Source: Planctomycetota bacterium (lineage in GTDB: Bacteria > Planctomycetota > PLA2 > JAEUHO01). From it: a DNA stretch of 64,000 bases. Location: positions 1-64,000 of the forward strand of contig CBDCWP010000034.1 in NCBI GenBank assembly GCA_965223505.1. Reading direction: 5' to 3'. Positions 9,772 to 19,635 of the stretch are shown here, one piece after another (position 1 is the first letter of the stretch; every line of letters starts with the position of its first letter). The notes below the pieces were generated by a model. The model was not told the origin of the DNA and ran no database searches. It saw nothing but the letters and a program-made list of their open reading frames with translations. A program made the position numbers and the translations under genes.

Positions 9772-11083
9772 CTTCCATGAGCATGAGCGCCGGCGTCTGC
9801 AGCAGGCGGATGAGCTCGTTCATGAAGCGCGCGGCGGTCGCGCCGTCCACGATGCGGTGGTCGAGCGTGATCGACAGGTTCGCCATCTTGCGCACGACGA
9901 TCTCGCCGTCGCGAACGACCGGCTTGTCTGAGATCTTGTAGACGCCGAGGATGCCGACCTCGGGGTAGTTGAGAATCGGCGTCGCGATGATGCCGCCGAT
10001 CGAGCCCGCGCTCGTGATCGTGAAGGTCCCGCCCTTGAGGTCCTCGAGCGCGATCTTGCGGTCGCGCGCCGCCTCGGTGAGGCGCTGGATCTCGGACGCG
10101 ATCTGGAGGATCGAGAGCCCTTCGACGTTCTTCACGACCGGGACCGTCAGACCTTCGTCCGTGTCCGTCGCCAGGCCGATGTTGTACTCGCCCCGGATCA
10201 CGTACTCGTTCTTCGTGTCGTCCACGAGCGAGTTCACGACCGGGAACTTGCGGAAGCACGTCACCAACGCCTTCATGATGAACGGCAGGAACGTGAGCTT
10301 GATGCCCTGCTCCGCCGCCGACGCCTTGGCCTGCTTGCGAAGGGCGTAGACCTCGGTGAAGTCGCACTCGTCCGCGTACGTGAAGTGCGGCGCGTACTGC
10401 TTCGAGCGCACCATCTGCTCGGCGATCTTGCCGCGCAGCCCGCGCAACGGAATGTGCTGGTCCTCGACCGACACGTTGAGCGGCGTGACCGGCAAGCGCG
10501 GCGCCGTTGCAGGCGGCGTCGCCGGCGAGACGGCGGGCGCGGCGGCGCCCGTGTAGTTCTCGACGTCCTGGCGCGTCAAGCGGCCGTGCGGACCGGTCGC
10601 GGGAATGGCGTTGATGTCGAGCCCGCGCTCACGCGCCAGCTTGCGCGTCGCCGGCGCGGCGAGCGTGCGTTCGCGCAGCGGCGCGCCGTTGCCGGTCACC
10701 GGCGGCGTCGCGACGGCCACGGGGGCGGAGGCGGGCGCCGGCTCGGGCGTCGCGGGGGGCGGCGGAGGCGTCTGCGCGGGCGCGTCGGCCGCCGCGGGGG
10801 CTTCGGCCTCGGCCTTTTCGGCGGGCGCCGGGGCGGCCCCACCGGTGCCGTTGTCGATCACCACCATGACCGAGCCGACGGGGATCGTCTGGCCCTCCTC
10901 CGCGCGCAACTCGGCAATCGTGCCGGCGCACGGCGCGGTGATCTCGACGGTCGCCTTGTCCGTCATGACCTCGACCATCGGCTGGTCGTCCTTGACCTCG
11001 TCGCCGACCGCGACGAGCCACTTCACGACCTCACCCTCGGTCAGGCCTTCACCGATGTCGGGCAGCTTGAACTCGAACGCCAT
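9764..11083 (-). CDS. Dihydrolipoamide acyltransferase (E2)
   Basis: Lipoyl domain LPDIGEG..VMTDKATVE, E3-binding AAPATRKLARERG, catalytic DHRIVDG. Confidence 0.95.
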   Translation of the reverse strand: MAFEFKLPDIGEGLTEGEVVKWLVAVGDEVKDDQPMVEVMTDKATVEITAPCAGTIAELRAEEGQTIPVGSVMVVIDNGTGGAAPAPAEKAEAEAPAAADAPAQTPPPPPATPEPAPASAPVAVATPPVTGNGAPLRERTLAAPATRKLARERGLDINAIPATGPHGRLTRQDVENYTGAAAPAVSPATPPATAPRLPVTPLNVSVEDQHIPLRGLRGKIAEQMVRSKQYAPHFTYADECDFTEVYALRKQAKASAAEQGIKLTFLPFIMKALVTCFRKFPVVNSLVDDTKNEYVIRGEYNIGLATDTDEGLTVPVVKNVEGLSILQIASEIQRLTEAARDRKIALEDLKGGTFTITSAGSIGGIIATPILNYPEVGILGVYKISDKPVVRDGEIVVRKMANLSITLDHRIVDGATAARFMNELIRLLQTPALMLMEGV

Positions 11084-11094
11084 GGTGCTCTCCT

Positions 11095-12072
11095 CTACTG
11101 CCAGTTGGCCACGTACTCGATCGCATTGAGTACGCGCTTCTTGTCGGGCTTGTAGACGTGCTCGAGCGTGTACGGGAACGGCGTGTCGAAGCCCGACACG
11201 CGCCCGATCGGCGCTTCGAGGTACTCGACGGCCTTCTCGGCGACCGTCGCGGCGACCTCCGATGCGAAGCCGCCGGTGCGCGGCGCCTCCTGAACGGCGA
11301 CGCAGCGACCCGTCTTCTTGACGCTCTCGAGGACCGTCTCGATGTCCCACGGCAGGATCGAGCGCAGGTCGATGATCTCGACGTCGATGTCCTTCTCGGC
11401 TGCGAGCTTGGCCGCCTCTTCGCTCACGACGACCATCGCGCCCCACGTGACGAGCGTCACGTCCTTGCCCTGGCGCGCGATCCGGGCCTTGTCAAGGTCC
11501 ACGGTGAAGAAGCCCTCTTCGACCTCTTCCTTGCCGTGGCGGTAGAGCGCCTTCGGCTCCATGAAGAGCACCGGGTCGTCCTGGAAGATCGAATTGAGCA
11601 GCAAGCCCTTGGCTTCGCGCGGTGTGCTGGGCATCACGACGCGCAGGCCCGGCGTGTGCGCGAAGTACGCTTCGCTGGACTGCGAGTGATAGTGACCGCC
11701 GCGAATGCCGCCGCCCGAGGGCGTTCGGATCACCATCGGGCACGTCCACTGGCCGCCCGAGCGGTACCGCATCTTCGCCGCTTCCGACACGATCTGGTCG
11801 AAGCCGGGATAGATGAAGTCGAGGAACTGGATCTCGGGGATCGGACGCAGGCCGTAAAGCGCCATGCCGATCGCCGTTCCGATGATTCCGCACTCGGACA
11901 GGGGCGTGTCCATCACGCGCTCCGCACCGAACTTGTCGAACAGGCCGGCGGTCGTGCCGAACACGCCGCCCTTCTTGCCGATGTCTTCGCCCAACGCGAC
12001 GACCGCGTCGTCCTTGTCGAACGCGATGTGCATCGCGTCGTTGAGCGCATCCAGCATGGTCATCTGCGGCAT
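11095..12072 (-). CDS. 2-oxoacid dehydrogenase E1 beta subunit
   Basis: GEDIG..GGVF, DTPLSE, EIQFLDF, GGHYHSQS, EIIDLRS. Confidence 0.95.
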   Translation of the reverse strand: MPQMTMLDALNDAMHIAFDKDDAVVALGEDIGKKGGVFGTTAGLFDKFGAERVMDTPLSECGIIGTAIGMALYGLRPIPEIQFLDFIYPGFDQIVSEAAKMRYRSGGQWTCPMVIRTPSGGGIRGGHYHSQSSEAYFAHTPGLRVVMPSTPREAKGLLLNSIFQDDPVLFMEPKALYRHGKEEVEEGFFTVDLDKARIARQGKDVTLVTWGAMVVVSEEAAKLAAEKDIDVEIIDLRSILPWDIETVLESVKKTGRCVAVQEAPRTGGFASEVAATVAEKAVEYLEAPIGRVSGFDTPFPYTLEHVYKPDKKRVLNAIEYVANWQ

Positions 12073-12100
12073 GAGGTTCTCCTCGCGAGTCGCGCTCCGC

Positions 12101-13216
12101 CTAGAGCGGGAACGCGCCTCCGGTGTCTTCGATGTCGCCGCTGCGGCGAATCTGTTCCTTCAGTCCGTCGAGCTGATCCTGCAGCAGCGCCGGCGTCTCT
12201 GCGTAGACGTCCGAGAAGATCGTGTCGATCTCCGGCGCGGGCGTGCTCTCCGCCGCTTCCACCGCCTTGGCGATGTCGGCCTGGATCTCCTGCGTGATCT
12301 CGTCTTCCCACGCCTGGGTCCACAACTTCTTTGCCTCGAGCCAAGCGCGGAAGCGGTCGATGGGGTCCTTCTTCTGCCAGGCCTCGAACAGTTCGGGCGC
12401 CTGGTAGCGCTTGGGGTCGTCCGACGAGCTGTGCGGGCCCATGCGGAACGTGACGGTCTCGATGAGCGTCGGCCCCCCGCCGTTCAGCGCGCGCTCGCGC
12501 GCTTCCTTTGCGGCCTCGTAGACCGCCAGCACGTCGTTGCCGTCCACGCGCACGCCCGGCATGCCGTAGGCCTTGGCCTTGGCGGCGAAACTCGCGCTCG
12601 CGGTCTGCATCTCCTGGGGAACCGAGATCGCCCAGTGATTGTTCTCGCACATGAAGATGCACGGCGACTTCCAGACGCCGGCGAAGTTCATGCCCGCGTG
12701 GAAGTCGTTCGAGGACGTTCCGCCGTCGCCGAACCAGACCCACACGGCCTTCTTGTCCCCGCGGATCTGCACCGCGCGGGAGGCGCCGGCGGCCTGGCTG
12801 ATCTGCGTGCCGATGGGGGAGGAGATGGAGATCCAGTTGATGTCGCGCAAGGTGAAGTGGTTGGGCATCTGCCGGCCCTTGGCGAGGTCGCTCGCGTTGC
12901 CCCACATCTGGTCGTACAGGGTCTTGAGCGGGACGTTCTTCAGCAGCGCGATCGAGTGTGTGCGGTACGACGGGAACAGCAGGTCTTCGTCCGCCATCGC
13001 ATACGCCGCGCCGATCTGGCTGGCTTCCTGACCGGACGACGGGACGAAGAAGCCGATGCGGCCCTGTCGCTGGAGGTTCATGCCGCGCTGGTCGAACAGC
13101 CGAGTGAAGAGCATCGCGCGGAACATGGTCTTGAGGTCGTCGGCCTTCAACCCCGTCGGCGCCTTGCCCTTGCCCTGCGCATCGATGACCTGCAGCATCT
13201 CGGTTGCCTGCGCCAT
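12101..13216 (-). CDS. 2-oxoacid dehydrogenase E1 alpha subunit (first copy)
   Basis: LQRQGRIGFF, GRQMPNH, GDGGTSSNDFH..ENNHWAIS, RMGPHSSSDDP. Confidence 0.93.
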   Translation of the reverse strand: MAQATEMLQVIDAQGKGKAPTGLKADDLKTMFRAMLFTRLFDQRGMNLQRQGRIGFFVPSSGQEASQIGAAYAMADEDLLFPSYRTHSIALLKNVPLKTLYDQMWGNASDLAKGRQMPNHFTLRDINWISISSPIGTQISQAAGASRAVQIRGDKKAVWVWFGDGGTSSNDFHAGMNFAGVWKSPCIFMCENNHWAISVPQEMQTASASFAAKAKAYGMPGVRVDGNDVLAVYEAAKEARERALNGGGPTLIETVTFRMGPHSSSDDPKRYQAPELFEAWQKKDPIDRFRAWLEAKKLWTQAWEDEITQEIQADIAKAVEAAESTPAPEIDTIFSDVYAETPALLQDQLDGLKEQIRRSGDIEDTGGAFPL

Positions 13217-13414
13217 GTAGAAGCCTCGCGCGGCCGCGAGAGGGTGCAGGGCCGCCCAGGCTTGCGCCGACGGCTGCGCACGACTCCCGGTGTCGTTTGC
13301 GTCACGCCGGGGTGGCCGAGCCGGCGGCGTGTGCCCGCGGGTGCCATGCAATCCGCGGAAGGAGGAAGATAAGGGCCCGCAGGCGTCCACACCAAGCCGG
13401 ATACGGGACAGTAG

Positions 13415-13427
13415 TTGTATAATACAA
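13415..13427. promoter_or_regulatory. AT-rich palindrome TTGTATAATACAA, candidate operator overlapping a TATAAT -10 box
   Basis: Near-perfect dyad in GC-rich divergent intergenic DNA upstream of the dehydrogenase operon. Confidence 0.55.
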
Positions 13428-13493
13428 TTGGATTCCCGCGAATTGGGGGCGATGGGTCGTAGGATGAGCGGCTCCATCCCCCGGAGCGCATGC

Positions 13494-13994
13494 ATGTTGC
13501 CGCAAGTGCCGAAAAATGGGCGTTTGACGCGATGTCACGCCTGGATCGCCCTGTTGCTCGCCGCCGCCGCCCTGATGGCGGGGTGCGGGGACGAGGAGGC
13601 GCTGGAGGAGACGCGGGAGACCATCTCGCTGGAGGTCCTGCGGACGCGCATCCTGCTTCGGCTCGAGCACGGCCGGGGTCTGGAGACCGAGGAGTGGCAG
13701 GAGGACGTCATGCGCCTCGCGGAGCTGCTCTGGCCCGATCGTCCGCCGCCGGCGGCCGCGCGCATCCACACCGACCTCATGCGCATCGCCGGCGACACCG
13801 CGCAGTGGGCGTCGAAGTCCGACGCCGCCCGCACCGAGTGGGAGCGCGACAATCCGCTCGACGTCGAGATCAAGAACGCCGTCCAGGCGGCGCTCGAGGG
13901 CGGCGCGCAGGCGTATGCGGCATGGTGCGCCGCGGAGGGCATGGCGCTCCACCGCCGATTCACGGACGAGCGGCGCAAGGCCCACGGCGGCTAG
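13494..13994 (+). CDS. Hypothetical lipoprotein
   Basis: Hydrophobic stretch ending LMAGC; helical body; start uncertain (13494 or TTG 13524). Confidence 0.6.
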   Translation: MLPQVPKNGRLTRCHAWIALLLAAAALMAGCGDEEALEETRETISLEVLRTRILLRLEHGRGLETEEWQEDVMRLAELLWPDRPPPAAARIHTDLMRIAGDTAQWASKSDAARTEWERDNPLDVEIKNAVQAALEGGAQAYAAWCAAEGMALHRRFTDERRKAHGG

Positions 13995-14019
13995 GTCTCG
14001 GTACCGAGCGTCCGTTCCG

Positions 14020-16254
14020 TCAGTCGAGCGAGAGGACCAGCCGGAACGACGCACCGTGAGAACCGTCCTTCGGCAGCGGCGTGCTGCGTCGGACCAGGGA
14101 CGGCAGCGGTGCCGCGCCCTTGCCGCTCGTGACGCCCTTGATCACGAACGTCGACACGTCGGGCGACGATGCGTAGACGACTTCGCCGGGCGCGCGGAAG
14201 ACCCGTTGCACGCCCGCGAGCGGCGCCCGTTGCCACGACCTCAAGCGCGGCGCGCGGCGCCAGTCGAAGAGACGATCCATCGCCGGATCAGAGAGGGCCG
14301 CCTCGCCCGCGAACGTGCGCCACTCGTCGTCCGTCGGTAGACGGAGCGAGAAACCGATCAGCTCCGACCGCCACGCGGCGTAGGCCAGCATGTGCTCGAC
14401 CTTCACGCCGGCGACGGGTTCGTTCTGGAACTCCGGCATGGCGAGGTAGCGCGTCGAGTCGCTGGGGTCGCCTTGGTAGAAGCCCTGCGGGGGCACGTGG
14501 GACTTGCGCTCCTTCGACGGAAGCTCGTCGAGCCACTCCGCGTACTGTTCGCAGGTCACGGGCTGCGTGGAGACGAGCAACGACGTACCCGGAACCCAGA
14601 CCATGCTCTCCGGCGCGTCGGCCGGGAACGCCGGGATCGCGTACTCGATGGGCGCGTCGTCGCCCGCGGCCCGCGTCGGCACGGTGATGGTGAGGTAGAT
14701 CCCCGGCGCGCCGCCGGCGACGAGTCGGTGAAGCCCGGGGGTGAGCCGTTCGCCCGACTCGAAGACCGTCACTTCGGGTGTGGCGCCCAGCAGGTCGGTG
14801 TGCTCCCAATCGCCGGCCGCGTTGCCGCGGATGACGACGCGGGTCCCCTGCAGCCGGTCCTCCAGGGCCTTCCAGCGCGTCCGAACCGCTTCGAGCCCCG
14901 GCGCGTCCTCCAGGCTCGTCAGCGTCGTGCGCATGCGTTGGTGATCGTTCCGGAGCGCGAGGAATCGTTGCGCGGTCACGTAGATCGGACGCCCGTCCTC
15001 GCTCGCGAGCGCGTCGAGGCTCGCCTCCAGGCGATCGACGTCCGTCAACAGGTCCTCGACACGGAAGTCGGGCCGCAGCGGCGGTTTGGAGAACACCGCG
15101 TACCCCGACACGACGCCGATGACGATGCCGAGCAGCACGGCCACGCCCGTCATCAGGTGGCGTCGCAGGGCGCGCCGGGCCGCGTCGACGGCTGCCCCTG
15201 TCGCCCCCGCCTCGGCCAACGCCTGAACGGAACCGCCCGTCAACCACGTGCGAACGTCGCGTGCGAAGGCCGCCGCGTCCTCGTAGCGATCGCGCGGGTC
15301 GGCCGCCATCGACTTCTCGACGATGGCGCGCAGCGCGGGCGCGGTGTGCTCGGGCAGCGGCAGGTACTTGCCGGCGCGTGCGTCGTCGTAGAGATCGTTG
15401 ACGGTTCGGAACGCGGGATCGGTGAGCTGCTTGCGACGTGAGGCATAGCCCGCGGCGCGCGCAGTGTTGCCTTCGCGCTCCGCCTCGAGCTCCGCCTCCT
15501 TCAGTGCCTCGATCCGCTTCTCGACCTCCTGACGGGTGAACGGCGACGACCCCTGGATCGGCGCGTCGCCGGAGAGCACGTACCGCAGGAGCGACCCGAG
15601 GCCCCATACGTCCGTCCGGTCGTTCACCTGCCCCCGCGCCTGTTCGGGTGACAGAAACCGCGGTGTGCCGACGATGCGGCCCTCGTCCCCGCCCTCGTCC
15701 ATCGAGCGGCAGATGCCGAAGTCGATGACGTACGGACGTCGGGTGCGGATGTCGATCAGGATGTTGTCCGGCTTCAGGTCGCGGTGCTGGATGCGGTACT
15801 CGCGGTTGGCGGCGTCGATCCCGTCCGCGACGGGAACGAGCACGTCGGCGATCAGGCGGGCGGTGTCGTTCCAATGCCGCAAGCGCGGGTACGTGGACGC
15901 CAGCGAGCCCTTCGCGACGTGCTCGACGACGTCCGCCAGCGCGATCGGCTCGTACAGCAGCTCCATCGTGAAGTACGGCCGATCCTCGGCGAGCCAGGCG
16001 CGGTCGTACACCGGCATGACGTGGGGGTGCCGGATCTTCGCCTGTGCTTCGCACTCCTGGAGGAAGCGTTCGAGCAGCGGCCTGCTGATGCCTTCCGCAA
16101 GGACCTTCAGCGCGACGTTGCGGTTGGTCGTCTCGTCGAACGCCCGGTAGACCGTGCCCATGCCGCCCTGGCCTACCGGATCTTCGAGCCGGTAGCGCCC
16201 GATGCGGGTGCCCGACGGAAACTCCGCATGGATGGTGTTCGGATCTGCCGTCAC
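14020..16254 (-). CDS. Membrane Ser/Thr protein kinase with C-terminal FGE/sulfatase-modifying-factor-like domain
   Basis: GQGGMGTVY, VALKVL, HRDLKPDNIL, DFG, GTPRFLSPEQ; TM helix; PVTCEQY..RLPTDDEW..SFRLV. Confidence 0.9.
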   Translation of the reverse strand: MTADPNTIHAEFPSGTRIGRYRLEDPVGQGGMGTVYRAFDETTNRNVALKVLAEGISRPLLERFLQECEAQAKIRHPHVMPVYDRAWLAEDRPYFTMELLYEPIALADVVEHVAKGSLASTYPRLRHWNDTARLIADVLVPVADGIDAANREYRIQHRDLKPDNILIDIRTRRPYVIDFGICRSMDEGGDEGRIVGTPRFLSPEQARGQVNDRTDVWGLGSLLRYVLSGDAPIQGSSPFTRQEVEKRIEALKEAELEAEREGNTARAAGYASRRKQLTDPAFRTVNDLYDDARAGKYLPLPEHTAPALRAIVEKSMAADPRDRYEDAAAFARDVRTWLTGGSVQALAEAGATGAAVDAARRALRRHLMTGVAVLLGIVIGVVSGYAVFSKPPLRPDFRVEDLLTDVDRLEASLDALASEDGRPIYVTAQRFLALRNDHQRMRTTLTSLEDAPGLEAVRTRWKALEDRLQGTRVVIRGNAAGDWEHTDLLGATPEVTVFESGERLTPGLHRLVAGGAPGIYLTITVPTRAAGDDAPIEYAIPAFPADAPESMVWVPGTSLLVSTQPVTCEQYAEWLDELPSKERKSHVPPQGFYQGDPSDSTRYLAMPEFQNEPVAGVKVEHMLAYAAWRSELIGFSLRLPTDDEWRTFAGEAALSDPAMDRLFDWRRAPRLRSWQRAPLAGVQRVFRAPGEVVYASSPDVSTFVIKGVTSGKGAAPLPSLVRRSTPLPKDGSHGASFRLVLSLD

Positions 16255-16361
16255 TCCTGCTCCCGGGCCTCGCCGCGGCCCCGCCCTCGGTGCAGAAGGG
16301 TAACCGAATCCGCCGGGACGGAATCCCGCTGTTCCCGCGCCGGGTGCGGGTTTCGACGCAT

Positions 16362-17618
16362 TCAGGCGTCGTGGCGCGCGGGCTGGGTCAGGACCAGCTG
16401 AACGTCTCCGAGGAAGCCTTCGCGGAACCCGGCCTCGCAGTACGCGAAGTAGTACTCCCACAGTCGGACGAACGACGACGGGAAGCCCATGGCGCGAACG
16501 TCATCACGTCGCGCGAGGAATCGCTCCCGCCAACGGCGCAGCGTCTCTGCGTAATCCGGACCGATGTCCCGCATGTCGCGCAAGCGCAGGGTGCTCGAGC
16601 GCACGAAGGCGTCGTTGATGGCCTTGACCGATGGGATGAAGCTGCCGGGAAAGATGTACCGCTTGATGAAGTCCATGGTGCGGCGGGCGCGGTCGTAATG
16701 CCTGTCGTCGATCGTGATGGCCTGCAACGCCATGACACCGCCCGGCCGCAGCCGCGCGCTGCACGTCTCGGCGAAGGTGTCCAGAAACGAGTGCCCGACG
16801 GCCTCGATCATCTCGATGGAGACGATGCGGTCGTACGTTCCCGTCAGATCGCGATAGTCCTGCTCGACGATGCGCACGCGGTCGGCGAGCCCGGCCGCCT
16901 CGATGCGGTCGCGGGCGTACGCAGCCTGACGACGTGAGATCGTGGTCGCCGTGACGCGGCAACCGTATTGCGAGGCGGCGTACTCGGCGAAGCCGCCCCA
17001 ACCGCATCCGATCTCGAGCACGTGATCGTTCGGACCGATCCGTGCCTTGCGGCATAGCCGGTCGTACTTCGCCAGCGAGGCCTCGCGAAGCGTCGTGCCC
17101 GCCTCGTCGAAGATGCCGGCCGAGTACGTCATCGTGTCGTCGAGGAACAGAGCGAAGAACGCGTTGCCGAGGTCGTAATGCGCCTCGATGTTCCGCCGGC
17201 TGCCCCGCCGGTTGTTGCGATTGAGCGCCAGTGCACCGCGCAGCAACGGCCGCGACAGGCGCGCGAGGCCCCCGTCGAGCTTCGTGAGCAGGGGGCGGTT
17301 GCGAAGCAACAGGCGCACGACGGCGACGAGATCGTCCGCGACCCACGCGCCGGCAGCGTACGCCTCGCCCGCCCCGAGCACGCCGCGCAGCGCGACGTCC
17401 GTGTACAGCGACGCGTCCGCGACGGTGATCGTGGCTTCCAATCCGTCGCTCGCCGGCACGCCGAACCGCTGCTCGCCGAGTGTGTCCCGCAGCGTGAGCA
17501 CACCGCCCGTGAGCGCTCCGAGCTTGGACAGGATGCCCGAGCGAACGAATCGTTGGCCCGGACCCGGGCGGGGGTGGGCGGGCGCGGATGTCGGCGGGAT
17601 GCAGGTCGTCGTGGTCAT
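16362..17618 (-). CDS. cfa: Cyclopropane-fatty-acyl-phospholipid synthase family methyltransferase (Cfa/UfaM-like)
   Basis: [57 protein letters not shown]. Confidence 0.93.
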   Translation of the reverse strand: MTTTTCIPPTSAPAHPRPGPGQRFVRSGILSKLGALTGGVLTLRDTLGEQRFGVPASDGLEATITVADASLYTDVALRGVLGAGEAYAAGAWVADDLVAVVRLLLRNRPLLTKLDGGLARLSRPLLRGALALNRNNRRGSRRNIEAHYDLGNAFFALFLDDTMTYSAGIFDEAGTTLREASLAKYDRLCRKARIGPNDHVLEIGCGWGGFAEYAASQYGCRVTATTISRRQAAYARDRIEAAGLADRVRIVEQDYRDLTGTYDRIVSIEMIEAVGHSFLDTFAETCSARLRPGGVMALQAITIDDRHYDRARRTMDFIKRYIFPGSFIPSVKAINDAFVRSSTLRLRDMRDIGPDYAETLRRWRERFLARRDDVRAMGFPSSFVRLWEYYFAYCEAGFREGFLGDVQLVLTQPARHDA

Positions 17619-18373
17619 GACGTCGGACTCCGGTCGACGCGCGTGCGCGTCTTGGGGTGGGGGAAGAAGGGCGCCCGCTTGAGCCAGAGGCGCAACGCCT
17701 GGACGTAGATGCCCGCCGCGACCTTCGCGGTCATCAACGGGTGCCGCAGCAAGAGCGACGCGAGGGTCCGGCCGGTCAGCTCTCGGCGTCTGAGGTGGAG
17801 CGTCGCGTCGAAGACCCGCTTGTTCCCCGCGAAGTTCTGCATGTGAACGCCCAGCCGGGCGCCCGGGACGCCGAACCTCCACACGTACTCGAGGTCCATC
17901 GGCATGAAGGGGGAAACGTGAAAGGTCTTCTCGAAGCGTTCGTCGCGGCGGTTCACGTCATGGACGTACTCGTGGCGCTCCTTCCACGGCGTGTTGGTGA
18001 TCGCGGAGACGACCGTCTCGAGCCGCTCCCCGTCCGGCGCGTAGCAGTAGTAGAACGTGACGGGATTGATGCAGTAGCCGAAGTACCGCATGTGCGTGAG
18101 CATGCGAATCGGGCCGGACGGGCGCACGCCCGTTCGTTCCTCGACGAGATCCCGAACCGCGACGTCGAGCGGGACGTTGGGGTCGCCCAGGTAGTCGGCG
18201 CGCCGGAACCAGGCGAGGTTCGGTCGCTTCGACGACCAGAACCAGCGGCGGGCGAAGAGCTCCGGCAGCTCATCGAGGTCGAGGAACATCATGTAGATGC
18301 GGTACTCGAACGCGTGGGGCATCGGGTGCACGCGCCGGTGCCGAATCCGGCCTTGGTAGACGGCGCTCTTCAC
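17615..18373 (-). CDS. DUF1365 family protein (UfaO-like)
   Basis: HRR..P.HAFEY, NPVTFYYC, NTPWKERHEY, KTFHVSPFM, IYVQALRLWLK. Confidence 0.9.
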   Translation of the reverse strand: MKSAVYQGRIRHRRVHPMPHAFEYRIYMMFLDLDELPELFARRWFWSSKRPNLAWFRRADYLGDPNVPLDVAVRDLVEERTGVRPSGPIRMLTHMRYFGYCINPVTFYYCYAPDGERLETVVSAITNTPWKERHEYVHDVNRRDERFEKTFHVSPFMPMDLEYVWRFGVPGARLGVHMQNFAGNKRVFDATLHLRRRELTGRTLASLLLRHPLMTAKVAAGIYVQALRLWLKRAPFFPHPKTRTRVDRSPTS

Positions 18374-19635
18374 AGCTCGGCTCCGAAATCTCGGCACACC
18401 GCGAGCGCGCTACGAACGCCGTCTTCATGAAAGCCCCATCCCCAGTAGGCGCCGCAATACCACGTGTGTCGCAGGCCGTTGATCTCGTCCCGGCGCAGCT
18501 GCGCCCGGCGTGTGTCGGGCGTGTAGACCGGGTGGTGATACGTGATCCGACGGTAGATCTTCTCCGGATCGATCTCCGCCGTACGGTTGAGCGTGACGAA
18601 GAACGGGGGCGCGTTCTCGAGTCGTTGGAGCCGGTTCATGTGGTACGTGACCGTGGCACGCTGCTCCTGCTCGCCGACGTGGTAGTTCCAGCTCGACCAC
18701 GCGCGGCGTGCCCGCGGCATGAGCGACGGATCGCCGTGGAGCACGGCCTCGTTCTCCTGGTACGGAATCGACCCCAGGACCTCCTGCTCCGCCGTACTCG
18801 GATCACGCAGCATGCGCAGCGCCTGATCGCTGTGGGTCGCGACGATCGCCGCGTCGAAATGCTCCGGCGCGCCGTCCGGCGTCCGGATGCGCACGCCCTG
18901 CTCGACGCGTTCGATGCCGACCACCGGCGTGCGCAACCGGATGCGGTCTTCGATGGGGGCGATCAAGCGCTCGACGTAGCGCCGGGAGCCGCCGCGAACG
19001 ACGAGCCACTCCGGACGTCCCTTCAGCAGCAGGAAGCCGTGGTTGTGGAAGAAGCGCACGAACGAGTGGGCCGGGAACTCGAGCAGCTCGCCCGGCTTCG
19101 CCGACCACAGCGCCGCGCCCATCGGGACGATGTAGTGTTCGACGAAGGGCCTCGAGAACCGCTCCGCTTCCAGATAGGCGCCGATCGTGCGGCTGTCCTC
19201 GGGTCGATCGAGCAGGCGCGGCGCCTCGCGATTGAAGCGCATGACGTCGCGCAGCATGCGGTACATCCGGGGACGGAAGAGGTTGCGGCGCTGCGCGAAC
19301 AGCTGGTTCAGGCTGCTGCCGCAGTACTCCATGCCCGTGCGCGCACACTGCACGCTGAAGCTCATGTCGCTCGGCTGGCTCTCGACGCCGAGCTGACGCA
19401 GTAGCGTCACGAAATTCGGGTAGTTCTCGCGGTTGAAGACGATGAACCCGGTGTCGACATCGTGGCGGCGACCGCCGGCGTCGATCGTCAGCGTGTTCGT
19501 GTGTCCTCCCGCGTACGCGCCCGACTCGAACACAGTGACGTCGTGCTCGCGCGAGAGGACGTGCGCGCACACCAGTCCCGAGACGCCGGTGCCCACGATG
19601 GCGACGCGCTGACGCCGGCCGGACGGGCGGCTCAT
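18370..19635 (-). CDS. FAD-dependent oxidoreductase, amine-oxidase-like (UfaD-like fatty-acid desaturase)
   Basis: VAIVGTGVSGL, GGHTNT, VDTGFIVFN, THSDQAL, WSSWNY, GAYWGWGFHEDG. Confidence 0.9.
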   Translation of the reverse strand: MSRPSGRRQRVAIVGTGVSGLVCAHVLSREHDVTVFESGAYAGGHTNTLTIDAGGRRHDVDTGFIVFNRENYPNFVTLLRQLGVESQPSDMSFSVQCARTGMEYCGSSLNQLFAQRRNLFRPRMYRMLRDVMRFNREAPRLLDRPEDSRTIGAYLEAERFSRPFVEHYIVPMGAALWSAKPGELLEFPAHSFVRFFHNHGFLLLKGRPEWLVVRGGSRRYVERLIAPIEDRIRLRTPVVGIERVEQGVRIRTPDGAPEHFDAAIVATHSDQALRMLRDPSTAEQEVLGSIPYQENEAVLHGDPSLMPRARRAWSSWNYHVGEQEQRATVTYHMNRLQRLENAPPFFVTLNRTAEIDPEKIYRRITYHHPVYTPDTRRAQLRRDEINGLRHTWYCGAYWGWGFHEDGVRSALAVCRDFGAEL

